Assembly (NCBI GenBank): GCA_012295275.1
Contig: CM022666.1
Coordinates: 15,810,001 to 15,874,000, forward strand
Reading direction: 5' to 3'
Origin: Chrysomallon squamiferum
Taxonomy: Eukaryota; Animalia; Mollusca
DNA length: 64,000 nt
Below are positions 28,914 to 43,499 of this stretch, one piece after another. The position numbers and the translations under genes were made by a program. The notes beneath the pieces are model-generated. The model was given only the letters and a program-made list of their open reading frames with translations, ran no database searches and was not told the DNA's origin. Position 1 is the first letter of the stretch, and every line of letters begins with the position of its first letter.

Positions 28914-29498
28914 TTATTTTATTTTTTTTATTATTTTTTTTTCTTTACAGAACTGAAAATTAACATAAAATATTTTATTATCTTCAATTAATTTAAATAT
29001 AGCAGGAAAAAAATATATAAATTAAACAAAAAGCAAAAACTAACAAAAAGAAAGATGAAGTTGAGAAGATGTCAGAGTGAACTTACTATTATACTGGACG
29101 GCGTTCCCACTTCTCGTTTTATCATCTCCATATACACCGACATCAGCTGAGACGTCGCCTTTATCTTCTTCGCGATCTCAGCCTCTCTCCGGGTCCGGAA
29201 CCGGAACTGGACGATGATGGCTTCCAAAGTCCCGTAACTCCTGTTTTTCAAGTAGTACTTCCCGTCGTAGTAGTGGTCGTAGTATTCTTTGTCTGAACGC
29301 CAGTTGTTTTCTAGAATGTCGAGACTCTTTCTGTAGTACTGCACGTACGCCCGTATCATCGTCTTGTCTGTGAACGTAAGCTGACTGGCTATTTGAATCT
29401 GGGATCGAATCAATGAAAAATCAAATGAAGCAATTTTATTTGTGTGCGAAAGTTTCGTAATACAATGTAAATACAAAACAAACGCACATACGACTCTG

Positions 29499-29557
<59 letters not shown>

Positions 29558-29959
29558 CCAAAAGTAGGTTTAAACAAATTTATTTTAGAATATATATATA
29601 CACTCAGGTGCTCAAAATGTCCTCCTTCAACACAGACATGCCTAGACACTTCAAGCATATAAACGAGAGATATGTACACTGTATATACGTACGTGCGGAC
29701 ATTCGAAAACATCGCAAACATCTGTCTATCTGTTTTATACTCACCGCAACACAGTCACCATTGTAAAGAATTCCTAGAAAAGATGCAGCCTCTCCCCCAC
29801 ACAGACCCAGGTAAGCTATGATGTCATTGGCTGTTGTTATGGGAACATTTCTTGTATCATTCAGTTCACGAGGTAATGACGTCACTTGTCCCATCTTTTT
29901 CAAACTACTGCAAATGGAAATTAATACGTGCGAATGAAGGCTAAAAACAACAACAATGA

Positions 29960-30040
<81 letters not shown>

Positions 30041-30985
30041 ATACTGTCATCTATCTATCTATATATATATATTTATAATATATACCCGCGTATTTTGTGT
30101 TTCTTTTATTATTATTTTTTTTGTACGCTCATTTTTTCTTATAATGAAAATAAATAAAAATAAAATAAACTTTTTAAACCTATGAAAAAAAAAAAAAGAT
30201 AAGCAAAAAGAAAAAAAAGAAGAAGAAGTAATTGAGTAATAATCCATCTACGTCAAAACAACATAAATAAAGACTATAAGAGTAAGAACGGCTGTAAGTC
30301 GAGGTATAGGAATTCTGCCAATTTTCTGACAGTTGTGTCTAATTAATGGACGGTTGACTGAGTTGTGCCACTCATAACTAATAATTTCAGCTACAAACAG
30401 AACACACTTGAAGTTAGGTGAGCAAGAAAAACCAAGCATAAATGTTCGGTATGCCGTAAACCTTCTGTTATTCAGCTGCGTTATTTATATAAAGTTTACT
30501 TCTATTTATTTATTTATTTATGTAAGTAATATTATAGGTATTTATAAAAAAAAAAAAAAAAGAGATGAATACAGAGAGTGCCTGACAGATAGATCGATAT
30601 ATAAATAAATACAAATAGATTAATTGCTAGACAGACAGACAGACAGATAAAAACTGAGATTAAAAATAAAATAAATAAAAGACAGGCTCTGCAAATTCAC
30701 AAATCGATAACCTATTATTCTGATGAAATGAAAACTACGAATCCATTTTTGTAATTAAAGATGTGTTTGCAAATAGACAGCCAAATGTAAACTCGGATAA
30801 AACTGTCTGTTAAAACTGCTTCCATCACTACATCGGATTTATCACTGAAGAATTTGTTTGCTTTAGAGTCTAAAGGAATGCTCCAACATTGATGTTATGA
30901 AAAGCAAAATAAAAAATTCCTGTTGCTGTTGATATGATGATGATGATGACGATGACAATGACGGTAAAAATAATAATAATAATAA

Positions 30986-31016
<31 letters not shown>

Positions 31017-31206
31017 ATATGTACAAAAGACCGTCCATGACATCCCTTTTCCGCTGACTTCAATACGTTTAAATTAGTCAAACTATGATTACGTCAAACT
31101 ACTATTACGTCACAAAACATCACGCAAATTATTTTTAGTAAGATTTGATTTACTGCTTTAATATTTAACTTTGTTTTATCGTATTATGATGATAATGATG
31201 ACAATC

Positions 31207-31275
<69 letters not shown>

Positions 31276-31627
31276 GCTGTTGTTGATGTTGTTATTATGA
31301 CTGCTTTAATTAATGTTTTTACTTGGTTTTCTTGTTGTTGCTGATGATGTTAATGCTGAAGGTAAAAATAACCAGAACAACAACAACAACAACAGTAACA
31401 ATAATGAATATAGATAATGTAAAGTACATACCATGCTTGTCTTTCTACGTCAAGTGACTGACGTCCGGTTGGAACGGACACCTCCCTCCGCGGACACTCG
31501 CCCAGGTTTAGAGGTGTAGAAAACTTTCTGATGTACTCGAATGCAGTGATGTCCATCACACCACCAGCCACGCTGAAAACAACAAGTAATGATTACATCA
31601 TCATCAAGAAAAACAAACAGCACTACA

Positions 31628-31664
<37 letters not shown>

Positions 31665-33053
31665 CAAATAATAAAATAGTAGTTGTTGTTGTAATAGCAG
31701 TAGTAGTAGTAGTAATAATTATATAACATTAGTAGTAACAGTAGTAGTAGTAGTAGTAGAGGTAGTAGTAATAATAATAAATATAACAGTAGTAATAGTA
31801 GTAGTACTGGTAGTAGTAGTAGTAGTAGTAATAGTAGAAGCAGCAGCAGTAGCAGTAACAATAATAATAATAATAATAATGAAGAACAAAACGGAGAAAC
31901 AAATAAGAAATAATTTAAATATGATAACAGTTAATACGAGATGGTATTTGGCTAAGTAAGCCGCGGCATGACGTTGACGCCCTTATTTTCACCCAGTGTG
32001 TGTGAAATAACGTGAACACTGTTCCCTGTGAAACATGTAATTTATCAACACAATGTCACAGTGACACCTCGCTCTGACCTACATCGTCTTGAAACGAGTT
32101 TTATTCCAAACACGATTACTGCTACGTCCGTGTGACAGTTCCCTGTTAGAAGCGAGTCCTGAGTTTTACAAACTCAGTGTTTGCTTCAGACACGCTAGGT
32201 AGCTGGTTCAATTCGTGGTGGAAGCCGCGTTTAGTTATTTTACGTGGCAGTCAGGTTTATGACTGCTATATTGTTGGGCGTTTTCATTTTTTTAAATTTT
32301 GTTATTTTTTTATTATTATGTTAAATTTGTTTCTTTGCTGCTTTCTCTGTATACTGGTGTGGATGTATGTGTGTGTGTGTGTGAATATACCTGTTTATTT
32401 TCATGTATGTATATGTGTATATTTGATGTAGGTGTGCTTTGTGTATGTGTGAATCTCACAGGGTTTAACTCTGACATAGTTTTATTTAAGTTGATTATAT
32501 ACTGTAATATATATGGATGTATGTGTAGGTATGTTTGTGTGTTTGTGTGTGCGTGCGCGAATTATATATAACTGTGTGTGTGTGTCTGTGAGTGTGTGTG
32601 TGTGTTTGACTTTGTGTCTGTGTGAATGTCTGTGTGTGTGTGAGTGAATGTTAGTAAGGACAGTGCGTATTCTGGAGGTTTTACTGTATAAAAATATAAA
32701 AAAAAATAAAACATTTTCTTATCTAAAACTCTGCAGCCACAGCGATCTCACGTTACAGTTATTTTCAAATAATGATAACTCGATCCTTTAACAATAATTA
32801 CATAGAAACAAACACTAATTACGAGGATGTGTCACGTGACCTGTGAAGCAGAATAACAGATAAGAACGACGCGCTCTGTAACAAATAACTTTCTATCCTA
32901 TTTCAGCCGCGGTATTCATCAGTTTTATTACACCGTGAAGGCGCAGTGATTATCACACTCATCATCATCATCATCATTATAATCATCATTATCATATCAT
33001 CATCATCATTATCATCATCGTCATTATTATTATTATTGTTATTGTTATTGTTA

Positions 33054-33108
<55 letters not shown>

Positions 33109-33699
33109 ATTTTATTTCCCATCCCTGTGTTATAAAATCAAGTTAGTGTCACAACTGTTTTTTTTTTTATTGGTTTTGGGTTTGTTTGTTTGTTTTTTTA
33201 TTGGTTTTGGGTTTGTTTGTTTGTTTTTTTATTGGTTTTGGGTTTGTTTGTTTGTTTTTTTATTGGTTTTGGGTTTGTTTGTTTGTTTTTTCACAGGGTG
33301 AGGTTTTCTTGTTGTTCTGGTTTTTCAAATAGTTTAAAGTTTTGTTGTTGTTTTTTAAAATTGATTTACGTTTTATTTCCCATCCCTGAGTTATAAACCA
33401 AACAATTCTGGTTAGATATATGAGAAGCAACACGCAGTAAAAACTATACAAACTGAAATTTGCGTAACTGAGATGTTTTCAAAGATGTCAAAGTACGTGC
33501 CGTCAGTTGTGTCTCATTTTGATACAGGTGAATGAATGAATGGGTAAACCAGATAGGCAGCAGGTTGATAGGTACATAGGTAGGTAGGTAGGTAGGTAAG
33601 TAGGAATTCACTCACTCTGCTTACCTGAATAGTTGCTGTAGTATACGTTTGTGGATATGGGAAAACATATTTATTTGTGTACGCCTGTACGCTTTTATA

Positions 33700-33749
<50 letters not shown>

Positions 33750-34829
33750 TATATATATATATATATATATATAGATGTAGATATATAGATATGTATGTAT
33801 GTATGTTCGTATTATTTGTAACAGACGTGAACAAACGTATAAACGTTTTGTCCATATATATATATATATATATATATAAACGTTTTGTAAATATATATAT
33901 ATAGATATATATACGTTTATCCATATATATATATTATATATATATAACAAATGTGACCTGATGCCTAAATATATATGTATATATGTACATATATGTAAAC
34001 GTTTTGTCCATATATAGATATATTATATATATAACAAATGTGAGCTAATGCCTTAATATATATGTATATATGTACATATATGGTTTTGTGTGATTTTTAT
34101 TGTTCTTTCATGAGTATGCGTGTCTTTCCGCGAACATCTGCATCACGTTTAACCAAATAAATTCATGTTCGGAAAAGAAAAAAAAAACTGTTATCAGAAC
34201 ACATTGATACTCGCTTCCAGTCTTTTCTTCTTTGCTAAAGAAATCACCATAAAACGAGAGAAGAAATTCGCAGACACGGTGATAACGAGAACACTGCACA
34301 AGCACTGGCTTTGAGTTCACTTGTTTTAAAACTGCCAACATTATCACGTAATTGCGAAATCCCCAGCGAAAGATCCAGCGTGAATGTTGTTAGAGGAAGG
34401 GAAAAAAAAAAAAAAAAAAAACCCAGTAATTGATTTTCACGGAATTCCTGATACCCTGTTGTTTAATGTGTGATTCATTTGATGTTTAGTTCTAGATTAG
34501 ATTAACACGCGGGTTACACAGTGTAACGTGCGCACTTTACTGTACGTGTAAATCAGATATAGGATTTGGCAGATACGTGCGTTCATTTCACAGAGAGAAG
34601 CGAACAAGCAGTCACTCTGCCTTCATAGTTGTATATTAATTTTATACAGACGCACACAACAAGTATATTATATTAATAAATAAGTGTATCCTTTTATAGC
34701 TTGCAAACACACACAAGACACATAAAATGACATATTATTCACCAAAAACTTGGGGTACTGTGTAGAATTCACTTTGTATCTTACACGTTTCATAAGTTTT
34801 GCTGTTGGCGATACGAACGGATGTCTGTC

Positions 34830-34911
<82 letters not shown>

Positions 34912-37900
34912 TCTCCCTCTCTCTCTGTCTCTCTGACTCTCTCTCTCTCTCATACACCCCGTACCCCGACCCCCACAGCCACACATACACACAAAAAAAT
35001 GACCCCTAAATTCACCTCCCTAAGAAACACAAACAAGTACACATTGTATTTATATACGGTACTGTCTCGCTAAATCTACAGGTATTTTACTATTCTATAA
35101 ATTATTTGTTTCTACGGTTTTTTTTTCTTGAAGCAAATCAGTCGCGAGCTGCTTCATTACGCATGTCAGGAAAAAAAAAGACATGAAAATAAAATACACA
35201 AAAATCTTTTATTTATCTTTTCTGCAAAATTAAATGAGCCTGGTCGGAAATAGGGAAAAAAAAAAAAAAAAGACATGAAAACTTTATATATCAAAAGATT
35301 TATTTATCTTTTTCGAAAAGACAAAAGTTTTTTTAAGAGAGAATGACTTCTTTTTTTTTTTTTGGAAGAAACAAGTCAGAAACCAAAGAAAGAAAGTCCA
35401 AGTAAAAACATAAACTTTAAAATATTATTATTATTATTATTTTCATTATTATTATTATTAGTAGTAGTGGTAGTATTATTAGTAGTATTAGTATTATATT
35501 TCTGTTAGTATTTATTTATATATGTACGTGTATATATATATAGTGAAAGCTCTTATGTAATCCTTAACCTCATTATTAAAGCTATAATTCCTTTTCATTG
35601 CATACCTAACCCGACACTTGTACATTTTTTTTTATCAACAATAGATTTATGTGTAGGCACGGCAAAATTTCAGGTGTGGTTTTTCATATTTTAATTTTTT
35701 TTTACTTCTTTTCTTTTTTTTTTTTCAATTAGTTTCGGAAGGCGAGCTGGTTTCCGCTTGGCCTATTTAAAGTGACTGTGTCTGTCGTTCAAAGGATATT
35801 CTGACATAGGTGGCGCTATTGTTGTTCTCCCACGCAAAGAGGTTTTCCTCTTCCAAAGAAGGAAGAAAGATTTGTTGTGACCCGAACAATGATTAAATTT
35901 CCGATGAGTCGGAGCGGGTCTAGAGAGGGGGGTCCAAGAGAGGCTCGGGCCGCCCCCCCCGCCCCCCGCTTTCTGGCAGAAAAGCTGACTCCGCCTCAGA
36001 TGAGATACAAATGTCTTTATTAAGACTGCTCAACGATTTTTCACTTACTTTGGAAACGCGCATGCGTATTTAAATATCTACATATCTTCGTGCAATTACG
36101 AAAGAGTGAGAAAAAATCAATATTTAAAGAAATTTAAGGTCAAATGTGATAGATAGAAAAGTTGCTGAATATGTTTTTGTCAATGAGTGTGTACGTGTGT
36201 ACATATGTGTATGTGTATGTGTGTGAATGAATATATTTGTGTTTATATATATATGTGTATGTATATATGTGTGTGTGTGTGTGAGTATGTATGTATGCTT
36301 GTTTGTATGTATGCACGTATGTATGTAAGTAAGTTTATATAAGTATTACGTATGTATGTGTATGTAAATGGACATGTACAGTAATTCTCACGCATACATT
36401 TCTAGTTTATCTTCGTAAACGGAATAAAGGTTATCGTGAAAATATATATTTCTCACACACCGTTTGTTGCCATCGCAATGAAATGTCGGAAGTGCTGTTG
36501 TAGCGATAACAATTTAGAGCACATCTGTTACAAATTGAGATAACTCTATCTACACCTCCAGCGTCATAACCTACGTTTATTATATATATTTTGTTTATTC
36601 TTACTATTAACACAGAATCGAGCCTCAAGAAACACAGACCAGATTTCATTCACAGCGCACTTCGCTGAAATGTGCGCAGTGATAAAGCGTCAAAGAGTTA
36701 TACGCTTCTTCCGGTCACGTGATCAAGACGACCGCGCCCGTTCTGCGAGTGATACGTGACTGGATCGATGAATGAATAGATGAATACACGAGAATATTGT
36801 TAAAATTTTGTTAAACGAAAACGTTGGTGTCTTTTAACATTAGTTTTACCTACTACCTCTACTACTGCTGCTATCTCAACTTCTGCTTGTACTACTATCA
36901 TTTCTGCTGCTACGACTACCACCATTACTACTACTACTATTTCTACTATTCCTACTGCAACTACTACTACTACTACTAATTCATTCTACTACAACTATTA
37001 CTTTTACTGCTAATAGTACTTAATTCATGTACTAGTAATAATGTATCAACAACAACAACGACAACAAAATAATAATAATAATTATAACAATAATAATAAC
37101 AACAACAATAACAATGATAACAATTAATAATAAGTGATTGCTTGCTCTCGATACATAAAATACAGTATGAATTCACATCTTTTGTTTGCAAAAAATAGTT
37201 GTATTCGTTTTTGACTTGCAGTCTTCACTAGAATAACGTTATCTGCTGGTTCAGTTAACCTAATAAACAGGACTCCACTAACAACTAAGTCAACGTTCAG
37301 TTCTCAACAGGACAACTACACTGCAGCACTAATATCTAAGTTAATGTAAAGCAGGTGGCACTAATACTGAACATAAATATCGCAGAACTGAATACGTACG
37401 GAGACAAAGTAAAACTTTAGTGAGCAGGATACCAGTAATTAGATTATCGTAAAACCGGGCGACTGCTGCCCTCATGAGCAGGATCTGAGTATTACGATGT
37501 CAAAGCTGCCTGAGCAGGATCGTGGACGCAGATACGATTAACGTTACGTGTATGGTGAGCAGGATAGGAGTAACGCGTGAGTCAGTGTAAATGTCGGTGA
37601 GCAGGTAATGTTTATTAACGCTAGGATAGTAATAAACGAGAAACGATAAAAAGTTGGCGAGACGGTAATAGAATTAATCACAGGTAAATCTTAAGCAGGA
37701 TTAACTGAATTAACATGACGGTCAGCCTAACTGCAACGATTGTTAATGATCACATTCTAGTTTCGTCATCGTAATTGATAATTTATTTTATCTACGACTC
37801 TGTCCATGTTTCTGTCAGTCCTAATTGATAATTAATCACCAGACATGTGTTTTTCGTTAATTTAAACAGCATGTTGTAGATTAACACCGCAAGAATCGCT

Positions 37901-38349
37901 GGAATCTTCTGCTGCAGCCTTGAACGACTAATACACCGCAGAAATGCATGTCTGAAAGCTCATAAATACCCACATGCACGGCACATGCACACGTGTTTTA
38001 CATTACCGTGCATTTCAAATAAACGTGCGTGTATCTGGTGGCAGGCAGCGACTCGACAGAGCTAAGAATAATAAACCAAATATTCCTGTTTATTTTTTTC
38101 TAATCAATCAGCTCCATCTTTTATTCTGTTATCTTTATCACCAACTTCATCTTTGGCACTAATGTCATTACCATCATCGTCGTCGCGTGTACGTTGTCAT
38201 AGTTACAACAACCACCAGCTTTATCATTATCACCATCATCATCATCATCATCGTCATTAATATCAGCAAGATTTATAATAATTATATCATCCAAGTTAGC
38301 TATCAGAAAACGAGTTACATATTTTATTGATAATATCTGATGTTTTTTG

Positions 38350-38397
<48 letters not shown>

Positions 38398-38546
38398 TTA
38401 ATTATCTTTTTTTATGTGAATGTTAGTGTAAAATAAGATTGCATAGATAAATCGCACAGATTCGCTCATAAACCATTACAACGCATTCAGTACACACATA
38501 CACCTAACACAACACACACACACACACACACACAACAGACCCAACT

Positions 38547-38585
<39 letters not shown>

Positions 38586-40208
38586 ACTCTCTCACACATA
38601 CAAACAACAAACAGCCATAAACATATGAATGCGCGACAAAAATAAACATACAGTGCTATTTTTAGACTGTTATTATATGTGTAACAACGATGTAGGATCG
38701 GTAATAAAAGGCATAACTGTTGCTGACCCGTGGAAAAACGAAACAGCGAGAGAACGCCACAAGATTATCAAATTAGAAAACACGTCACACATCTGAATGT
38801 GACTCAGTCGAACCCGATCACCCGACGTGTGTGTGTTTTGTGTCACTGTGTCTGCCTGCGAGAATGACACACAATCACAGGACGGTGTGGGGGAGGTGCA
38901 TTCAGTGGAGGGGGGAGTACGACGTCTAACCTTTCTAACAGAGAACGGTCGAATTTCAGTTCCTTATAGCTGAACCGATTTCACCATTATTACTGTCACC
39001 CTCCCCCACAGCCCCGCCGCGCAGGACAATGACGTCACCCGTTTTGTGAAATATTTCATCCATCCCTCGCAGACGATTTATTTTTTAATAATCATGTTCT
39101 CGGTATATTTCTTTGATAAAGTTAACTAATAATGAAGGCGTTTACCCCTTTTTTTCTAAAATCCTGTACCCACTCCCTTCTTTTTTTCGAACATTTTAAC
39201 CACAACTGATCAAGTCCAACCTTTTTTTTAATTGCTGTACCCGCCCTGTCCTCTTGATAAGTTAACTAAAAATTCCTTATCAACCCCCTTTTTTTTTTTT
39301 ATATCATGATGTATCTGCACCTGTAAATGTTAATTACTAATTATATCACTTCTTTCTTTCCTATCATAAATCCTAAACCTGCTTCTCTGTCTCCGTAACA
39401 AATATTAATTAGAAATAAAAGTGATTATCCTAATTTCTCAAATCTTTAATCTTTCCCTCACTTCTGTATGGTAAATTGTTAACTGAAAGTTACTGTATCT
39501 AACCTTTTCCATTCCGATTTTTTAAAATTAAATATTCCTGGTATGGTTCTAAGGCCCCTAACTATAATATATATATAAACAAAAAACCACAAATAATTCT
39601 AAGTAAAAATCATGGCCCCAGCCCCATCTTTTTGATAGCTAGGACCGCCACGGCTTCTAAGAAAAATGCTTCTAAAATTTGGCAAGAGGCAATCAGTACG
39701 ATCTGTACACAGACTAAGTACATATTTAATTTAACGAGGTATTCCCCACTTGCATGTGTAATACAAATACATTAAGCATCGACATGTTTTATAATTATCT
39801 CCTTGAGCAGTTTTCAGTATAGTGCACGGAACAGTGTGTACTTGTGAATATAAAGTAAAACTCACGTACTTGTGTATGTTTGTGTACGTGCGTCTGTATG
39901 TGTGTATATATATATATATGTCTATAGATGTATATGTATGTATATATCAACACACATATATGGATTGATATATACATATATACACATATACATCTATATA
40001 TATATACACACAAACACACACACACATGGATTGATATATACATACATATACATATATACATATATACATATACATACATATACATATATACATATACATA
40101 CATATACATATATATATATACATACATATACATATATACATATACATATAGACAGAGCGATAGATAGATAGATAAACAGATACAAATTGTAAGCCAAGTT
40201 GTATTCGT

Positions 40209-40301
<93 letters not shown>

Positions 40302-40887
40302 AAGTTTATACAGAAATAGAGAAAAAGAATGCGATATAGAGATTGACACAAATCGAGTGAGAGAGAGATAGACAGCAAAAGAGAAATAACATAAGAACTA
40401 CAAACGTATACAAACGTATATGAACAACATGTAAATGTCAGTTTAACTGTGACTTATCATTATTTAGAATACGGCGAACCGTGAACATAGACTGTCCTAC
40501 ATTACACGATAGACCGGCAACTAGCTTTACGCCATAAAAACATAAATATTTTTCATTCCTCGCAAAGCACAAGAGATAAGAATCACATTTCACAAACTCG
40601 ACTACTACGAGCGTAATCCCATTCATGGGTAAATAATGATTTTAGCTGCAGTTAAATCCAGTGTACAGGTATACATTTCTCTACCTGTACGTAGGCGTTT
40701 GTTCCCATTGAAAATATCATAAAAATAGACTGTAACATAATAAATAATAAGAATAAAAACATAAAAAATAAACGAGAAGAAAGAAAAACGCTGATTATAT
40801 CATTCATGTTCTCTTCTCAACGCGATTTATACAGATTTACTAACGTTCAGTAATAATAATAATTATAATAATGATAAAGATGATAGT

Positions 40888-40954
<67 letters not shown>

Positions 40955-41165
40955 GATAAATAGATAGGAAGTCAAATAGACAGATATAGATAGATAATAT
41001 GACAGACAAGTAGATATATGCAGAAAGACAGAGAGCTATATTGACAGAAACACAGATAGAGATGTGTATGTATATTAAACAATACACAATATTAATACTG
41101 CTGTTAGAGACTCACCTGCCGAGCAGCGCTACGGACAACAGACACAGGACGCTGTTGATCGACAT
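26649..41165 (-). CDS. Uncharacterised secreted protein, about 426 aa, 7 exons, Lys/Arg-rich C-terminus
   Basis: Exons (minus) 41165-41116, 31572-31432, 29907-29745, 29398-29087, 28711-28512, 27895-~27797, ~26964-26649. Phases are consistent; the last junction is approximate. Joined N-terminus MSINSVLCLLSVALLGSVAG looks like a signal peptide. Exons are GC-richer islands in AT-rich DNA. Confidence 0.75.
33165..33292. repeat. ~30-bp minisatellite, 4 copies
   Basis: TTTTTTTATTGGTTTTGGGTTTGTTTGTTTG repeated. Confidence 0.85.
33835..34082. repeat. Nested local duplications in (TA)n-rich DNA
   Basis: AAACGTTTTGTCCATATA recurs; ATAACAAATGTGA.CT.ATGCCT.AATATATATGTATATATGTACATATATG occurs twice. Confidence 0.7.
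37420..37700. promoter_or_regulatory. Homotypic cluster of TGAGCAGGAT motifs (candidate intronic enhancer)
   Basis: Motif at 37421, 37475, 37511, 37556, 37598 (variant) and near 37692 (variant), separated by unrelated spacers; AP-1 TGAGTCA at 37578. Confidence 0.4.
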
Positions 41166-41242
41166 GAGTGGAGAAACCCGGTTTATCACTCGCCGTGGAA
41201 TCGCTGTATCCATTTTATTCGACTGGAAGCAGCACGCGCTCA

Positions 41243-41291
41243 TTTTTATAACAACATTGAGTCTGACATCTTTCACGTCATGATTTTTATA
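41243..41291 (-). promoter_or_regulatory. TATA-box promoter candidate of the secreted-protein gene
   Basis: TATAAAAA (minus) at 41250-41243 and 41291-41284 with ATGACGTG between them, about 80 nt upstream of the ATG at 41165. Confidence 0.55.
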
Positions 41292-42249
41292 CGCGCTCAA
41301 ATACGTATACACTGCGCATGCGCCATGTCAGACGCTTCTTCTTTTTTTTTATTTCTTTTTTTTTTTTTTTTTTCTCTGAGCAGACGATCCGAATTCGCAG
41401 TTGCACAAGGGTTGTAAGTATCTGTTCCGAAGCCGTCCAACTGGAATGAAATATATATAACAAAAAAATTACAAGGGCTAGTTCAGCTTTGCTCGCTACA
41501 ACACACGAAACGTTTTTTTTTTCGATGGGCCGATATGCACACGGCTCGTCTGAAATTACTGTTTGTTTACTCCGGGGATATCTTTCCGAGCAAGCCCCAT
41601 TGTGATTTTCTTATCTACAGTCTACGCAAACATCTGCATTGTATATTTCAGCCTCGTTCGTTTATCTCGTCAGCTTAAAGGATTTTCTAGAAAACTGTTC
41701 CATACTAGAATATAACTCGTCAATTTTCTGTTTTATGGCCAGCAGTTGTCTGCCCAGAACAATGCGGAACTTTAAAAACACTAGTGAAGAGTTGAACATT
41801 ATTAACTAGGTCGCATCGACACTGTCGTCTGTCAAACGCGAAAGACCAACGGCCTGAAAAAAACAAACAGACGACAGAAAGCTTTACCGTAATTGTTATA
41901 ATAAAATTAAATAAATAAAATAAATAAATAAATAAAATAAATAAAACAAAAATGAACAATGAAAAGTAAAAATAAATGAAAAGTAAAACAAATATTATTT
42001 ACATTTTTTGTCACATTTATCGTACATTTTGAGTGAGTATAAAAGGTTTGGTTATTTAAGTGTATTAGTAATATTTCACGGAAGATAATCTGTTCAGACG
42101 AATTTCAGTACAAATGTGTAGTTCTAGCGGAAGTAGAGAAGTAGTAGTTGTAGATGTAGTAGTAATAGTAATTTCTGTGGTAGATGAAGATACAGTAGTA
42201 GCAGAAATGGTTATGGGTTGGGTGAATAATCGACGGTCAAAGAGAGAGA

Positions 42250-42590
42250 GTACGGGGTCATGCTCTCCCCTCCTCCCCCCCTACGAGAAATTGTTTAAAA
42301 TCTAGAATGCAGGAGTTGCATTTTCCTGCATTCTGGGAAGTAATTGGCAAGGAAGATAATGAGGTTAGTGTCTGTCAGAACAGATCCGCGATAAAACTTA
42401 CATTGATTTACGTTACAGAGCATTTCTACTGCGCATTACGACATGGGACCTCCGTAACTGCGAAAATCTCACACAATTCACATCGTCGGAATAATTTTCG
42501 TTTATTTATTTATTTTTTTATTTTTTTATAGATCCACGGATGGACCTTCGGAAAACTGGGGTGGGGCAGAGGGGTGCGTACCCACCTCTC
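42250..42590. mobile_element. Degraded MITE-like interspersed repeat
   Basis: GC-rich GGGGTCATGCTCTCCCC...AAAATCTAGAATGCAGGAGTTGCATTTTCCTGCATTCTGG and GGGGGTGCGTACCCACC resemble common invertebrate non-autonomous element bodies; no TSD found. Followed by a 31-bp direct duplication (42589-42651). Confidence 0.4.
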
Positions 42591-42778
42591 TCACCTGAGT
42601 AGTAATATGAATCATTCAACTCTCACCTGAGTAGTAATATGAATCATTCAACTGTAGTAGCACAGCAGTAATATGAATCATGTAGCTGTAATAGTAGTAA
42701 TAGTAGTAGTATTGTGATGAATCGCTGTAGTGGTAGATAATAATATGAAGTATAATAGTAGTAGTAGTAGCAGATAAC

Positions 42779-42818
<40 letters not shown>

Positions 42819-42819
42819 A

Positions 42820-42890
<71 letters not shown>

Positions 42891-43499
42891 AAACAATACA
42901 TATTTTCCCATTAATTGGTGACTCAGAAATGAATGGAATCATCTTACAAGGTTAGTTTCGTCAGCTATATCATACATTTTCTTTTACCTCTAACACACTA
43001 ACATACTAACACTGACACAGACCTCTGGTTCATTGACCTACACAGTCGTACTCGAACGTTCCATGAACAACAGTTTTATTTCCATTCATTAAAATGTTAA
43101 TGCTAGAAGTAGGCTTGACCATCCGGTAATCTCCTCATTTTACACTTTAGACAAAGGAACGGTCAGTGCAAATATCTGATGTATGTGTACGAGTGAAAAC
43201 AGGCAAAAAACAAAAATGTATATACAAAACAAGTTTAATGTTTACAAGAGAAAACACAACAAATGAATTTTTAATCATTCCAGTGGTTTTATTTACAGCC
43301 TGCTTGGAAGATGACTTGTTCGAACTCCGTAATATAAACTTGACAAAATATCGTGAACAGTTTTTTCTTTTTTATTTTTTTTTTTTATTTAATTGGTTGT
43401 TTTATTGAAAATTCAAGTATTCCATGAGGCTAGATCGTCTGGACAAAACAGTGATAGTCTTAGTACTTTATAGTATCTGAGGGGAGATAACTTATTGAT

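Noticed and set aside
29399-29495. Upstream acceptor at 29495 for exon 4 of the secreted protein
   Set aside because: Gives an in-frame TAA; the acceptor at 29398 keeps the frame.
35905-35998. Short GC-rich element with weak inverted ends; similar patches at 13390-13630 and 18625-18720
   Set aside because: Probably MITE remnants, but no convincing TIR plus TSD, so not annotated.
37420-37610. CRISPR-like repeat-spacer look
   Set aside because: Eukaryotic intron, repeat only 10 nt, uneven spacers, no cas genes.
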